Of a DNA stretch of 64,000 nucleotides, positions 49,921-59,499 are shown one piece after another. The stretch comes from a phage. The first letter of the stretch is position 1. Each line of letters opens with the position of its first letter. A program made the position numbers and the translations under genes. The stretch is from sequence record PX418922.1; one strand, written 5' to 3'. The notes under the pieces were generated by a model. It was given only the letters and a program-made list of their open reading frames with translations. It searched no databases and had not been told where the DNA came from.

Positions 49921-50279
49921 TTTTCCTCCTTTTTGTATTCAATGAACATATCTGCATAGTAAGCTTTACGTTCTTCAAATTTAGCAGGGTTTACCACAAT
50001 GAACAACACCTTTCTGTTGTCTTGTGGTTCTTTGACTGTAATATATAAATCTTTTGTGCAATAGAAACCTGTGGCTTTGTAAGCGTCACCCCAATTATCC
50101 ACTCCACGATCTATACGATCAAACTTGCAGTTATACTTTTTATCATCCACTTGGTAGACAGCCTCCCCACCATACCAAGTGAAGAATTGGCTACCTTCCA
50201 CCCCAATCTTGAAACCATCACGGGCGGCTGTAGCATTGGTGGCAATCATCAACATCAGGACACAAAGTAGCCTTTTCAT
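49917..50279 (-). CDS. secreted hypothetical protein
   Basis: signal-peptide-like 'MKRLLCVLMLMIATNATAA'. Confidence 0.4.
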   Translation of the reverse strand: MKRLLCVLMLMIATNATAARDGFKIGVEGSQFFTWYGGEAVYQVDDKKYNCKFDRIDRGVDNWGDAYKATGFYCTKDLYITVKEPQDNRKVLFIVVNPAKFEERKAYYADMFIEYKKEEK

Positions 50280-50585
50280 TTAGAATTCCTCTTCAGTCTT
50301 CTGTCGGTTTTTGAAGAATACTACGTCATATACCTCTCCGTAACCATCATTTACATAGAACATAATAAAACGATCATCTTCTGCTGTTGGTGCGCGATGT
50401 TCAAGTTCAAAACTTTCAATAAAACCGCGTGAATTTACGTAGTAGATTTCATCCTCGCCAGAGAACATCCAATCCCTGTCTATCAAATAGAAAGCTAAAC
50501 TCACAGGCGACAACTCATCCTTCACAGAATCATTGTACAGCATGTGGGCTGCAACTGCCAAGCTTAAAGTCGTATTGTGCTGCAT
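50280..50585 (-). CDS. hypothetical protein (tandem paralog 1)
   Basis: 'LSLAVAAHMLYNDSVKD...FIMFYVNDGYGEVYDVVFFK' paralogous to adjacent ORF. Confidence 0.4.
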   Translation of the reverse strand: MQHNTTLSLAVAAHMLYNDSVKDELSPVSLAFYLIDRDWMFSGEDEIYYVNSRGFIESFELEHRAPTAEDDRFIMFYVNDGYGEVYDVVFFKNRQKTEEEF

Positions 50586-50896
50586 TACATCTCCTCGTCG
50601 GACTTCAAGGCTTTAGAGAATACTACGTTAAACGTTTCACCGCAACCATTATTAACATAATACATGATGTAATTGTCATCTTCGTCTACAGGCGCACGAT
50701 ACTCCAGTTCATAACTGTATAAATTAGAATTACTTGTGCAACCTTGTGGATACCAAAAGTAGAGTTCATCCCCAGATTCTACCCATTTAAGACCAGTCCG
50801 ATCTTCAAATACTAATGTAGATGGATTTTCTGAATCTTTTACAGCTTCTTCGTAATACTGGTGCACCGTAACTGCTAATGATAATGTACTCATCAC
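50585..50896 (-). CDS. hypothetical protein (tandem paralog 2)
   Basis: 'LSLAVTVHQYYEEAVKD...YIMYYVNNGCGETFNVVFSK'. Confidence 0.4.
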   Translation of the reverse strand: MMSTLSLAVTVHQYYEEAVKDSENPSTLVFEDRTGLKWVESGDELYFWYPQGCTSNSNLYSYELEYRAPVDEDDNYIMYYVNNGCGETFNVVFSKALKSDEEM

Positions 50897-51109
50897 GCCT
50901 CCAAATAGTGTTTACAAATGACAAAACGCCATGTTTGTTTATAATAGTCTCTTTTTTCAAGAGCCTCTTTGTAAGAGGGTATACGTTGCGACAGAAGCAT
51001 CCATTCACAATCTGCACCCATTCTTCCATAAAGCGCGTAACGGATGTTACTTTGTTTATCTCCCATAAATGCCTCCTTAATCTTGTTTACAAGTATACCC
51101 TCTAATTAG

Positions 51110-51307
51110 TTACACTTTTTCCCAAGTACCAAAAGCACAGGAAGGGTAGATTCCAACTTGAGGGTTTCCGTTATCATCTTTGAAAGTAAAACTGTTGTTG
51201 TCTTTATCAAGAACTGTAGAATAAATCTTACCAACAGTAACGCAGTTGGAAGCTTGACCCAGTTCAGTGAGAGTAAGACATTTCATTTTCTGTTTCTTTG
51301 TAGCCAT
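51110..51307 (-). CDS. hypothetical small protein
   Basis: 65-aa ORF with RBS 'aaggag'; candidate promoter TTGACA-18-TAGAAT upstream (51338-51367). Confidence 0.4.
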   Translation of the reverse strand: MATKKQKMKCLTLTELGQASNCVTVGKIYSTVLDKDNNSFTFKDDNGNPQVGIYPSCAFGTWEKV

Positions 51308-51389
51308 TTATAAAATCTCCTTAGTAAGTGAATCTTTATTCTACACAAAGAGCTTTGCACATGTCAAGTAACTCTTTGTCAGATTAGTC

Positions 51390-51659
51390 TTAATGATTGG
51401 TGATGTTGATGACAATCTTAGTTTCAACCTTAGCCCAACAGTAATCTGCTTCATTAAAACGACTATTCACAATGTATTCTCCTGCACGAGAACCTGTTAA
51501 GCACACTGCACCTGTATCTGTAGCCAAATAGTATTCCCGTTCTTGTTCATCTACTTCTGCAATGTAATAGTAGAAAACAGACATAGGTTCAATTTCAGAT
51601 AAACGGTATAACTTTGGAACAGGGGATTTCTCGATAAACTCAACAGAAGTTTTACTCAT
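51390..51659 (-). CDS. hypothetical protein
   Basis: 89-aa ORF. Confidence 0.4.
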   Translation of the reverse strand: MSKTSVEFIEKSPVPKLYRLSEIEPMSVFYYYIAEVDEQEREYYLATDTGAVCLTGSRAGEYIVNSRFNEADYCWAKVETKIVINITNH

Positions 51660-51892
51660 TTGTTTTCTCCTAGATCTAAACTAATTAAGAAGTCACGAAG
51701 GATGATCATTTGTTCTGTAGACAATGATAATACACCTTCTCCATAAATATCACCAGACCATTCAGCAGTTAGATCTAGTGTACCAGTACCAGGAAACCAA
51801 TCAACAGTGATCTGATTACCATTAGAGTCAGGTAGTATTTCACTGACTAACATAACACACTCTCCTATTATTGTTCTTGATCTTACGATCAT
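51656..51892 (-). CDS. hypothetical protein
   Basis: 78-aa ORF. Confidence 0.4.
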   Translation of the reverse strand: MIVRSRTIIGECVMLVSEILPDSNGNQITVDWFPGTGTLDLTAEWSGDIYGEGVLSLSTEQMIILRDFLISLDLGENK

Positions 51893-52029
51893 CTACCGAT
51901 AAGAACAAGTACTTAAATCTCTGTTCTTCGAACATCTAACGATAGAGATTAATCTATTACATAATCTATACTCGCTATCGCTCGACCCTTCGGGGTTAGG
52001 GTAGCATATTTTTTGAAAAAAGTCAACAC

Positions 52030-52380
52030 TTATTTTTTGGTAAGTAGATAAATCAATTGTTCACCTGCTTCTGGTGCATATAGTGCTTTAGTATCGAAGT
52101 CAAAGAAGTGAGTGACTCCTGTTACTTTGGATGCATGAATAGATAATCGTGCAAGCTTAAGCAGATTATCCATTTCCGCAATCTTTGCACGAAATACTGC
52201 ACGTGTAGCGTCAAAAGCTGCATGTGGCATGTATTTACGATTTAGACTACTACGTTTAAATTTACGATAATCTGCAATGATCCTGTTACGTTCTTTGTTC
52301 AAGTGCTTTACCAGTGCAGTATATACATGTGGTTCTTTGTTAGCCATTGTTAATCTCCTCTTCATATGTTGGTAGTGCAT
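52030..52380 (-). CDS. hypothetical basic protein
   Basis: 116-aa ORF. Confidence 0.4.
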   Translation of the reverse strand: MHYQHMKRRLTMANKEPHVYTALVKHLNKERNRIIADYRKFKRSSLNRKYMPHAAFDATRAVFRAKIAEMDNLLKLARLSIHASKVTGVTHFFDFDTKALYAPEAGEQLIYLLTKK

Positions 52381-52552
52381 GGTATACGATCACAGGTGCC
52401 AAGTCAAAATAAAAATGACCATTGATAACAGCTATCGTGCCATTGCGTGTTTTGTTAACTTCACAGAATCCCTTCTTGCCGTTTGCCATGATTACAAGCC
52501 ACTCTCCGATAGGAACATCCTCGGTACCAGATACTTTAATCCATCCACTCAC
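52340..52552 (-). CDS. hypothetical small protein
   Basis: 70-aa ORF. Confidence 0.35.
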   Translation of the reverse strand: MSGWIKVSGTEDVPIGEWLVIMANGKKGFCEVNKTRNGTIAVINGHFYFDLAPVIVYHALPTYEEEINNG

Positions 52553-52809
52553 TTTACTTCCCCTTTGTAATCGGACACTATACCAGGTCTTACTTTTGCC
52601 TTAAGATGTTTCAACTCTGCCATAGGAGTTGCCACTTGTATAAGGTTAATAATTTCAACCTCGTAGATAGTATACTCATAACCCGCATACTTCCCGATGG
52701 AATGCAGGTATTTGATAGCATGTTCAGGTGAATCTGCTTCAACATACCCCAAATCTTTTGTAGTGCGGCCTTCACAGTCGCCTTCTGTAGTTACGTGATA
52801 AAGTGTCAT
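52549..52809 (-). CDS. hypothetical protein
   Basis: 86-aa ORF. Confidence 0.4.
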   Translation of the reverse strand: MTLYHVTTEGDCEGRTTKDLGYVEADSPEHAIKYLHSIGKYAGYEYTIYEVEIINLIQVATPMAELKHLKAKVRPGIVSDYKGEVK

Positions 52810-52917
52810 AAAACCTCCTCATAGTAAGGTAAAGCCTTGATCAGTTGTTCTGAAGTGCCATTTTGCACCCACGTAACACCCTTGTCAAGAGAAACATACC
52901 CTTTCTTATTGATAAAT

Positions 52918-53394
52918 TTACGGAGACAACCAGTGAACTTGTTTTTGTAGATCATTTCTTCTTTCCTTTTTTAATTTGTTGTGACCTTTACCCTTATAAA
53001 GCTTGTGATTACGAGCAGACGGGTTATTTTGGTTCTCCAGTCGGCTAACAGGTGTATTCCAAAGGTTTCCTGCTACAAAAGATGCTGCCACAAGTTCTTC
53101 CAGGTATACAAAATCTAAAGCAGGTATCTTTGTTTCCCTCATCTCGCGTTCTACATTAGACAACACGCCTTCTTCCTTACTATCTTCTTTTTCAATTACA
53201 GACCAACCCTCTTCCTGCCAAGCTTCCCCTCTGAACCAAGTTTCCATGTTATAACCTTGTTCGTCGAGAATAACACCATCTCGCATCTCAAACCATTCGC
53301 CACCACAAAAATGGCGGTGCTCAACACGTCTACCTTCCTTCATTGCTTCTTTAGCTTCGGGCCAAGTCAGTTTGATGTTTTGGATGTTTTGCAT
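52918..53394 (-). CDS. hypothetical protein (first gene of leftward block)
   Basis: 158-aa ORF with RBS 'aaaaggagaaaac' and upstream TTGACA-16-TAAGAT promoter. Confidence 0.45.
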   Translation of the reverse strand: MQNIQNIKLTWPEAKEAMKEGRRVEHRHFCGGEWFEMRDGVILDEQGYNMETWFRGEAWQEEGWSVIEKEDSKEEGVLSNVEREMRETKIPALDFVYLEELVAASFVAGNLWNTPVSRLENQNNPSARNHKLYKGKGHNKLKKERRNDLQKQVHWLSP

Positions 53395-53424
53395 TTGTTT
53401 TCTCCTTTTGTTTGGTAGGAGTTG

Positions 53425-53483
53425 ATCTTAACAAGATTAAAAAGTATGTCAATACTTGATCTGAAATTATTTTCAGGTATCAT
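53425..53483. promoter_or_regulatory. divergent sigma70-type promoter pair
   Basis: minus strand: TTGACA (53447-53452) -16 nt- TAAGAT (53425-53430); plus strand: TTGATC (53456-53461) -16 nt- TATCAT (53478-53483). Confidence 0.5.
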
Positions 53484-53508
53484 GTATGAACATTAACAAG
53501 AGAGGTAG

Positions 53509-53802
53509 ATGATGAACATTACTTTAGCAACTAAGAATATTTCTGAAACAATTAACGGTTTTGGTGTGATTGTAGCCTTGCACGGTAACAATGAGAAATG
53601 GTTGGCTTCTTTTGAAGAGGATCGTCAACACAACATTATTTTAGATGCCCCTATAAAAGTTATGCATATCGTTGGTGAAAACAAAGTGCTCACTTCCTCC
53701 CGTTCAAAGGAACAAATTACAAACGAATTAGTAAAACTGCTTGACAATGTTCTTAACATGTTTGATAATGCACCCATCGACACAAAACGTGTCTTAATGT
53801 GA
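53509..53802 (+). CDS. hypothetical protein
   Basis: 97-aa ORF. Confidence 0.45.
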   Translation: MMNITLATKNISETINGFGVIVALHGNNEKWLASFEEDRQHNIILDAPIKVMHIVGENKVLTSSRSKEQITNELVKLLDNVLNMFDNAPIDTKRVLM

Positions 53803-53814
53803 GAGGAGAACCAA

Positions 53815-54099
53815 ATGTATTATTCACAAAATGAAGCAGCAAACATTAAACTGGCAGTTGGCGATCTTATTGTGTCACCTAACTACCATTGGGATAACAC
53901 AGATTTGGTTGAAGTAGTAACTCATGTTGGGTTTGAGGGTGTTGTGCTCTACACATTAGGTGGAGGTGTTGTTGGGGAAATGGAACGTTATACAACAACG
54001 AAGAAACTGGTAAGCTCTTATCGCATGTTTTTACACCAAGGTTCGGAAGAGTATACAGCTTTCTTGTTGAAATTAGATGCAGATCGGGAGAAGGCATGA
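53815..54099 (+). CDS. hypothetical protein
   Basis: 94-aa ORF. Confidence 0.45.
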   Translation: MYYSQNEAANIKLAVGDLIVSPNYHWDNTDLVEVVTHVGFEGVVLYTLGGGVVGEMERYTTTKKLVSSYRMFLHQGSEEYTAFLLKLDADREKA

Positions 54100-54455
54100 T
54101 GAAAATTGTACACGATGAAATTCAAATAGAAGAAAGTGACCTGATGGATTTGGATGCAGCTTTGGGGAAGGTAATCTATGCAGGAATTAAAGCCTTCCGT
54201 GAGAAGGCAAACAATAGCACGTTTGTCATGATCCCCACTAAACTGATGCGTGTTTTGTATCCAAATAGAAGTGCGCCGTATACAGATGAAGAAGAGGAGA
54301 CAGGTAGAAGAGAGTGGTTAAATATTTTAGAAAAGATGGAGAATGCTTTTATTGATAGTGGTAATCCAGAAATCGTGTATGCTGAAGATCAAAGGAAGGC
54401 ACGGTTAGAGGGCCGTCTTTTATTCGCTAGTTATTTTGATAATCTTTGGAGCTAA
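54096..54455 (+). CDS. hypothetical protein
   Basis: 119-aa ORF. Confidence 0.45.
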   Translation: MMKIVHDEIQIEESDLMDLDAALGKVIYAGIKAFREKANNSTFVMIPTKLMRVLYPNRSAPYTDEEEETGRREWLNILEKMENAFIDSGNPEIVYAEDQRKARLEGRLLFASYFDNLWS

Positions 54456-54457
54456 AT

Positions 54458-54634
54458 ATGTCTGAATTCTTCACAATGGCTTTCTTAGGGATCTATCTGA
54501 TTATTAGTGCTGTTGGCTTAATCATGTCTCTAATAGAGGAAATGGGAATTAAGTGGAATTGTGCATTCGGTATAGCTCTTATGCTCACTCCGGTTTGGAT
54601 CTACATCTGCAAAGCAGTTGAACTAATTGGTTAA
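54458..54634 (+). CDS. small membrane protein
   Basis: start moved to ATG with 'ggag' RBS (track 54446); two hydrophobic helices. Confidence 0.4.
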   Translation: MSEFFTMAFLGIYLIISAVGLIMSLIEEMGIKWNCAFGIALMLTPVWIYICKAVELIG

Positions 54635-54645
54635 TAGGGGGTAAT

Positions 54646-54897
54646 ATGATTCAGTTTCAAAAAGGTCAAAAGATGACGGTATACGACGCAAAAGATATGG
54701 AATTTGCACTTGAACTTCTCGAAGATGCAGGTTTTGTGTGGATCAACGGCGGAGAGAAGCCTACGGCTTGGCTTCCACATGAAAAAGTAGTCAACCACAC
54801 CTTTCCTGACAGTATCAACTGGCATTCTGATGGTAAGATTTGCCGTGGAAGTTACCCAACAGGTGTCGAGTGGACCATTAAATTAGGAGGGCTTTAA
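54646..54897 (+). CDS. hypothetical protein
   Basis: 83-aa ORF. Confidence 0.45.
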   Translation: MIQFQKGQKMTVYDAKDMEFALELLEDAGFVWINGGEKPTAWLPHEKVVNHTFPDSINWHSDGKICRGSYPTGVEWTIKLGGL

Positions 54898-54898
54898 T

Positions 54899-55237
54899 AT
54901 GTTTAGTAAAGAGATGAGAGACGTAATTGCCACTCTGGTAGTTGATCATGGTGTTGAAGTTGAGCGTCACGTTTGGAAAGATGAGCCTCCTTTCTTTGAT
55001 TTGGCATCACGGGCTAAAAGTCACATGTATCTCCTTGAAGATGATAAGGATTTTATTCTGCGTATGCGTTATGATCGAGAGTTTAGAATTCCTCTTGACA
55101 CAGATCCTGATGATGTAGTATTGTGGTTGGCAGAGCATTTCGCATTTAACGCTCTACATGGAAGAAGTTTTGGTAATGAACGTTGGGATACCATTTGTCG
55201 TAAACATAATATTGAACCAGAATACGGGAGTATGTAA
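54899..55237 (+). CDS. hypothetical protein
   Basis: 112-aa ORF. Confidence 0.45.
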   Translation: MFSKEMRDVIATLVVDHGVEVERHVWKDEPPFFDLASRAKSHMYLLEDDKDFILRMRYDREFRIPLDTDPDDVVLWLAEHFAFNALHGRSFGNERWDTICRKHNIEPEYGSM

Positions 55238-55488
55238 TGTTAAGCATCAAACCTAAAATGATTACTGAAGATCAAAAAGATTACATTTATAAATGTGGTC
55301 GGGTGTGGAAAGAATACACTAAAGGTAATGAAGTTATTGTAGTTACGGAACATGCTATTTCTTTATCAGATCTTTTTGGTGATTATTTGCAAGTCATTAA
55401 AATTGGTATTGACAGAGGTTTGGTGCAGGTGTTAACATTATCCCAAGTTGAAGCAGAACACTTAGACAAAATCATTGTCGAGTTCTAA
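55237..55488 (+). CDS. hypothetical protein
   Basis: 83-aa ORF. Confidence 0.45.
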   Translation: MLSIKPKMITEDQKDYIYKCGRVWKEYTKGNEVIVVTEHAISLSDLFGDYLQVIKIGIDRGLVQVLTLSQVEAEHLDKIIVEF

Positions 55489-55501
55489 GAGGAGAAAGAA
55501 T

Positions 55502-55666
55502 ATGATCTCTTTAGAATCAATAGCTTTTAAGAAAGGGTATACCGCAGGGTTCAAGTTTGGTATGTTTAATAAAGTAAATCCATACTGTCCAATGACACAC
55601 AAAAAGGAATTTGAAGAATGGGAAGATGGATTTTCTAAAGGCTACCAGGCAAAGGGTTGGTTGTAA
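55502..55666 (+). CDS. hypothetical small protein
   Basis: start moved to ATG after RBS 'aagaggagaaag' (track 55475). Confidence 0.35.
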   Translation: MISLESIAFKKGYTAGFKFGMFNKVNPYCPMTHKKEFEEWEDGFSKGYQAKGWL

Positions 55667-55675
55667 GGAGAGAAT

Positions 55676-55840
55676 ATGATTTTAAACTTCATCATCAACT
55701 TGTGTTTGACATTGGGACTACTCTGTGCAATAGTATCCCCTCTGATTGGTGAATATTTTTCTGAACTGGCGATGTTTATAGTTCTTGGTGCGGCTGTTGC
55801 TAACATGTTTGTCGCTGCGATTTGTATGTTGTGGGAATAG
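55676..55840 (+). CDS. small hydrophobic membrane peptide (not in supplied track)
   Basis: 54-aa ORF 'MILNFIINLCLTLGLLCAIVSPLIGEYF...' with RBS 'taaggagagaat'. Confidence 0.35.
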   Translation: MILNFIINLCLTLGLLCAIVSPLIGEYFSELAMFIVLGAAVANMFVAAICMLWE

Positions 55841-55851
55841 GAGGGAAGTTT

Positions 55852-56208
55852 ATGAAAAAATTAATCTTAGCCACATTGCTGGCTACCGTAAGCTTCACCA
55901 CTTACGCTCAAAAATTTGTAGCAGTTAAAACAGATATTGGTAAAGATGTTGTGATCACAGGCAACAAGTTTTACTATACACCTGGAAATGGTGTTCTAGA
56001 AGAGTGTAAAGATGTTGAGGCATATACAGGAAAAGAAGATAACACGGAACGTCCTTTTTATTCGATTATAGCCACTTGCAAAAATGAAATAGTAGCTATT
56101 AAACAATATAAAGATGCCCCTGGAGGAGAATACTTATTAGTCAAGAATATTAAGAGTGAAAAAACTGCAAAGTTTACAGTAATTATTTTAAAAGGAGAAA
56201 CGTTCTAA
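55852..56208 (+). CDS. secreted hypothetical protein
   Basis: start at 'MKKLILATLLATVSFTTYAQ' signal peptide with RBS 'ggagggaag' (track 55822). Confidence 0.45.
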   Translation: MKKLILATLLATVSFTTYAQKFVAVKTDIGKDVVITGNKFYYTPGNGVLEECKDVEAYTGKEDNTERPFYSIIATCKNEIVAIKQYKDAPGGEYLLVKNIKSEKTAKFTVIILKGETF

Positions 56209-57347
56209 TGAAATACACTATTTTTGGAGATGTGGCTGTTGTAAATAAGGAATATGGTGTTGAAGCTAATAAACTTCCTGCTGGAGTTTGGGTTGTCAAC
56301 TGCGATCCGCACGGTAACTACTCTTTAGTGCGTGGCGAAAGTTTCTCTCTTCCGAACACTCTTTATGGGGAAACTAAAGACCGCGCCGCACATGTTATTA
56401 AAACATTTGCTCGTCGTAGTAAAGAAGGTAAAAATACTGGGGTGTTACTGACAGGCACAAAAGGCAGTGGTAAGACGATGTTAGCTAAACTAATTAGCAT
56501 GTCCCTAATGTCCACAGAAGGTTTAGGTATTCCAACCATTTTGGTTACACAGCCTTACACAGATGCTGGCTTCTTAGAATTTATGAGTAAAATTACAGAT
56601 CGTGCTGTTGTTTTATTTGACGAATTTGATAAAGTGTACGCTAAGAAAGAAGATCAGGAAGCACTGTTGACCTTGTTGGATGGAACAGGAAGTGGGAATA
56701 AACTTTACATCCTAACTAAAAATAGTGGTTATATCTCGGAATATTTTGTAAACCGTCCTAGTCGTATCTATTACAGTTTCAATTACGATAAACTGTCTAG
56801 TGAAACTATGTTAGATTACTTGGATAAGAACTTGGTAAATAAAAAACACGTAGATAACTTCCAACGTTTATGGGATGTTAGCACAGAGTTGTCTTTCGAT
56901 GTTATTCAAGGTATTGTAGAAGAATTGAATTTCTATCCAAAAATGACTTTTAAAGAATGTCTTGAAATGATGGGTATTTCTTTAGGCAACGATGCTAAAT
57001 GGAATGTGGCTTCTATCGTAGCTAATGGCAAAACTCTGAAGGTGAATTGGATCAATAACTGGCACGACTTCACCCCTACTAAGTTTTTGTCGGGTGCTTG
57101 TTCCCTGAACATCTATCTGCAAAGCTTGAAAGATGATGAAGTGGAAGCAATGGAAACCAACAGTTATGTTATCCTGGATGAAGATGGTGATCCACATATT
57201 GATCTATGTGCAACTGCTGATGGTCTAACTTGTGATCTGATTGAAGGTGGTAAGATCCTGGTGATGAGCACTACACCAGGAAACACTCTGCGAGTGGTGC
57301 TGGAGCCTGTAACACAACGTTCCACCACATTAGGTAGCGTGTTCTAA
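56208..57347 (+). CDS. AAA+ family ATPase
   Basis: Walker A 'GTKGSGKT', Walker B 'VVLFDEFDK'. Confidence 0.55.
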   Translation: MKYTIFGDVAVVNKEYGVEANKLPAGVWVVNCDPHGNYSLVRGESFSLPNTLYGETKDRAAHVIKTFARRSKEGKNTGVLLTGTKGSGKTMLAKLISMSLMSTEGLGIPTILVTQPYTDAGFLEFMSKITDRAVVLFDEFDKVYAKKEDQEALLTLLDGTGSGNKLYILTKNSGYISEYFVNRPSRIYYSFNYDKLSSETMLDYLDKNLVNKKHVDNFQRLWDVSTELSFDVIQGIVEELNFYPKMTFKECLEMMGISLGNDAKWNVASIVANGKTLKVNWINNWHDFTPTKFLSGACSLNIYLQSLKDDEVEAMETNSYVILDEDGDPHIDLCATADGLTCDLIEGGKILVMSTTPGNTLRVVLEPVTQRSTTLGSVF

Positions 57348-57363
57348 TAAGTTGAGATTTATT

Positions 57364-57390
57364 AAACCCGCTTCGGCGGGTTTTCTCTTG
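57364..57390 (+). terminator. rho-independent terminator
   Basis: 'aaacccgcttcggcgggttt' hairpin followed by 'tctcttg'. Confidence 0.6.
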
Positions 57391-57422
57391 TATGGATATC
57401 AGATTAATAAGAGGAGCAACAG

Positions 57423-58409
57423 ATGGCAGCACCAAAATCATGGGAACAATATAAAGAAGAGTGTCAACCAATAGCAGAGAGTAAGCAAATCCAAATCTTA
57501 GGATGGACGGGAGAATGGAAAGGGGTTAATACAAAACTTGATTTGTTGTGTCATTGTGGTTATAAATGGGATACTACAAGTATTAACAATTTTAAACGTG
57601 GTAGTGGTTGTCCTTTATGTGGATATGAGAATACAAGGAAGGCACAAACAATATCCGACGATCAACATATTGCAGATTTCTTTTCTACAGGGAAGTTTAA
57701 GGAAGGCACTATTTTCACCAATACGGGGGAACGTAAAGGGTGTGATCCAGTATGGATGATTCAGTGTCCTGTTTGTTCTCATGATGAATATGTTAAAGCT
57801 GGACTATGTGATGGTAAGTTTTATATGACGCGTGGCAATCTTAAATATGGATACTTACCCTGCCGTTGCTCTGCATCTTATAGGTATACAGCGGAACAGA
57901 TTACGTATAAAGTAAGAAAGAAAATAGAAAAGAAAGGGTATGTTTGGATAGGATGGATTACCAAACCATCTTCTATAGGTAAGTTTAAATATATATGTAA
58001 GAGTCATGGGGAACAAAAAGGAACTGCAAACAACCTTTTAAACATAGGACAAGGTTGTCCGCAGTGTGCTAACAAAAATCAACAACAAGCCTACATTAAT
58101 TATATTTACGATGAGCAAGATATTATCTGTGCACTGAAGTTTGGTATTGCTAATAATAGTAATCGCCGTATGAAAGAACAAAATAGTCATAATGTGTTCA
58201 CTATGAAACAACACCAAGTGTGGCACTTCCCTACTGTTAAGCAATGCCAAAACGCAGAGAAATATTGCAAGAAGGTGTTAAACACGGAAGCAGTGAGCAA
58301 ATATTCTATGCAAGATGGCTACACAGAAACAGTGGAGCTATCTTGCATGGCATCCGTACAGAATATTTATAAACTTTATGGTGGAACATTACAGGAGGAA
58401 ACATGTTAG
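57423..58409 (+). CDS. Zn-ribbon repeat protein
   Basis: 328-aa ORF with at least five CxxC/CxC pairs ('CHCGY','CPLCGY','CPVCSH','CPQCAN'). Confidence 0.45.
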   Translation: MAAPKSWEQYKEECQPIAESKQIQILGWTGEWKGVNTKLDLLCHCGYKWDTTSINNFKRGSGCPLCGYENTRKAQTISDDQHIADFFSTGKFKEGTIFTNTGERKGCDPVWMIQCPVCSHDEYVKAGLCDGKFYMTRGNLKYGYLPCRCSASYRYTAEQITYKVRKKIEKKGYVWIGWITKPSSIGKFKYICKSHGEQKGTANNLLNIGQGCPQCANKNQQQAYINYIYDEQDIICALKFGIANNSNRRMKEQNSHNVFTMKQHQVWHFPTVKQCQNAEKYCKKVLNTEAVSKYSMQDGYTETVELSCMASVQNIYKLYGGTLQEETC

Positions 58410-58768
58410 TTGACGTTCAAATTATGCGCAACGAAAGAATGGACTTCTTTGAAGCAGTAGAGAAACATCTGATCAGATGGGACTATGAATTTGTTCCTGC
58501 TGGATGTGGACCAGTAGAGCATTTAGCGGAAGACGACGATGTATACATGATCATTCGTCAAGTGTACCAGACAGACCAGTGTGAAGAAACGCCCGAACTG
58601 ATTTTGTTTGAGTGTAAAGATCTTGCAAAATATTTTGACTATGGCGGAAAAGAGGGTCATAATCTCTCCAGATACAATAAACGTCTACTTATCTTAGACT
58701 ACATGCGGAACAACAAACACAAACTCATCGACGCAGACGCAGTTTATGGCTACTGGTGGATGGATTAA
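58403..58768 (+). CDS. hypothetical protein
   Basis: 121-aa ORF. Confidence 0.45.
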   Translation: MLVDVQIMRNERMDFFEAVEKHLIRWDYEFVPAGCGPVEHLAEDDDVYMIIRQVYQTDQCEETPELILFECKDLAKYFDYGGKEGHNLSRYNKRLLILDYMRNNKHKLIDADAVYGYWWMD

Positions 58769-58781
58769 CAAAGGAGAAACT

Positions 58782-58970
58782 ATGGCACGTTTAGCAGATA
58801 ACCCTGTATTCTACCCCGTTCTTGATCTTTATGATGAATTGACATATGTTGTGGAGCGGTATAATTACAATGAAGACCTCTTGGAGACAAACCTTAAAGT
58901 AGTTCTGATGAAAGCCTATCAGCAAGGGCAACGTGAAATTTTGGAGAGTATGAAAAATGCGAATAACTGA
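58782..58970 (+). CDS. hypothetical small protein
   Basis: start moved to ATG after RBS 'aaaggagaaact' (track 58746). Confidence 0.4.
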   Translation: MARLADNPVFYPVLDLYDELTYVVERYNYNEDLLETNLKVVLMKAYQQGQREILESMKNANN

Positions 58971-59499
58971 TGATTATGTATTCTTCTTTTCACATAAAGA
59001 TGTTTTTAGTAATTGGTATATTGCACCCTTTACAGAAACCGAACCAGGTTACAATCAGACATTTAATTGTGTCGAACAATACATGATGTGGCGTAAAGCT
59101 TTGCTTTTTAATGACCACAACACTGCACAGGCTATTCTGACTCATAGTTTGATACGGAAAGATGAGAAGATCCAAGCTTATTACAAACGTATGGGTAAGG
59201 CAGTGTCGGATTTTGATAACAACGTATGGGAAGAGAACCGTGAGCGTATTGTTATGCGAGGTTTATGCTTGAAATATGTACAGAATCCAGATTTGTATGC
59301 AGACTTACACCTTTACCAATACAAAACGTTTGTTGAAGCAAGCCCCTACGATAAGGTTTACGGAATTGGAATGGGGATGTATGAACCAGGGGTGCTAAAC
59401 CCTGCCACCTGGAAAGGGCAGAATCTTTTAGGTAAATATCATAATAAACTGATCGAAATACTTTTCCCAGACAAAATACCGCAAAGACGATATTTGTGA
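58957..59499 (+). CDS. NADAR (YbiA-like) domain protein
   Basis: 'FFFSHKDVFSNWY...FNCVEQYMMWRKALLF...EASPYDKVYGIGMG' matches NADAR/DUF1768 signature pattern. Confidence 0.5.
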   Translation: MRITDDYVFFFSHKDVFSNWYIAPFTETEPGYNQTFNCVEQYMMWRKALLFNDHNTAQAILTHSLIRKDEKIQAYYKRMGKAVSDFDNNVWEENRERIVMRGLCLKYVQNPDLYADLHLYQYKTFVEASPYDKVYGIGMGMYEPGVLNPATWKGQNLLGKYHNKLIEILFPDKIPQRRYL

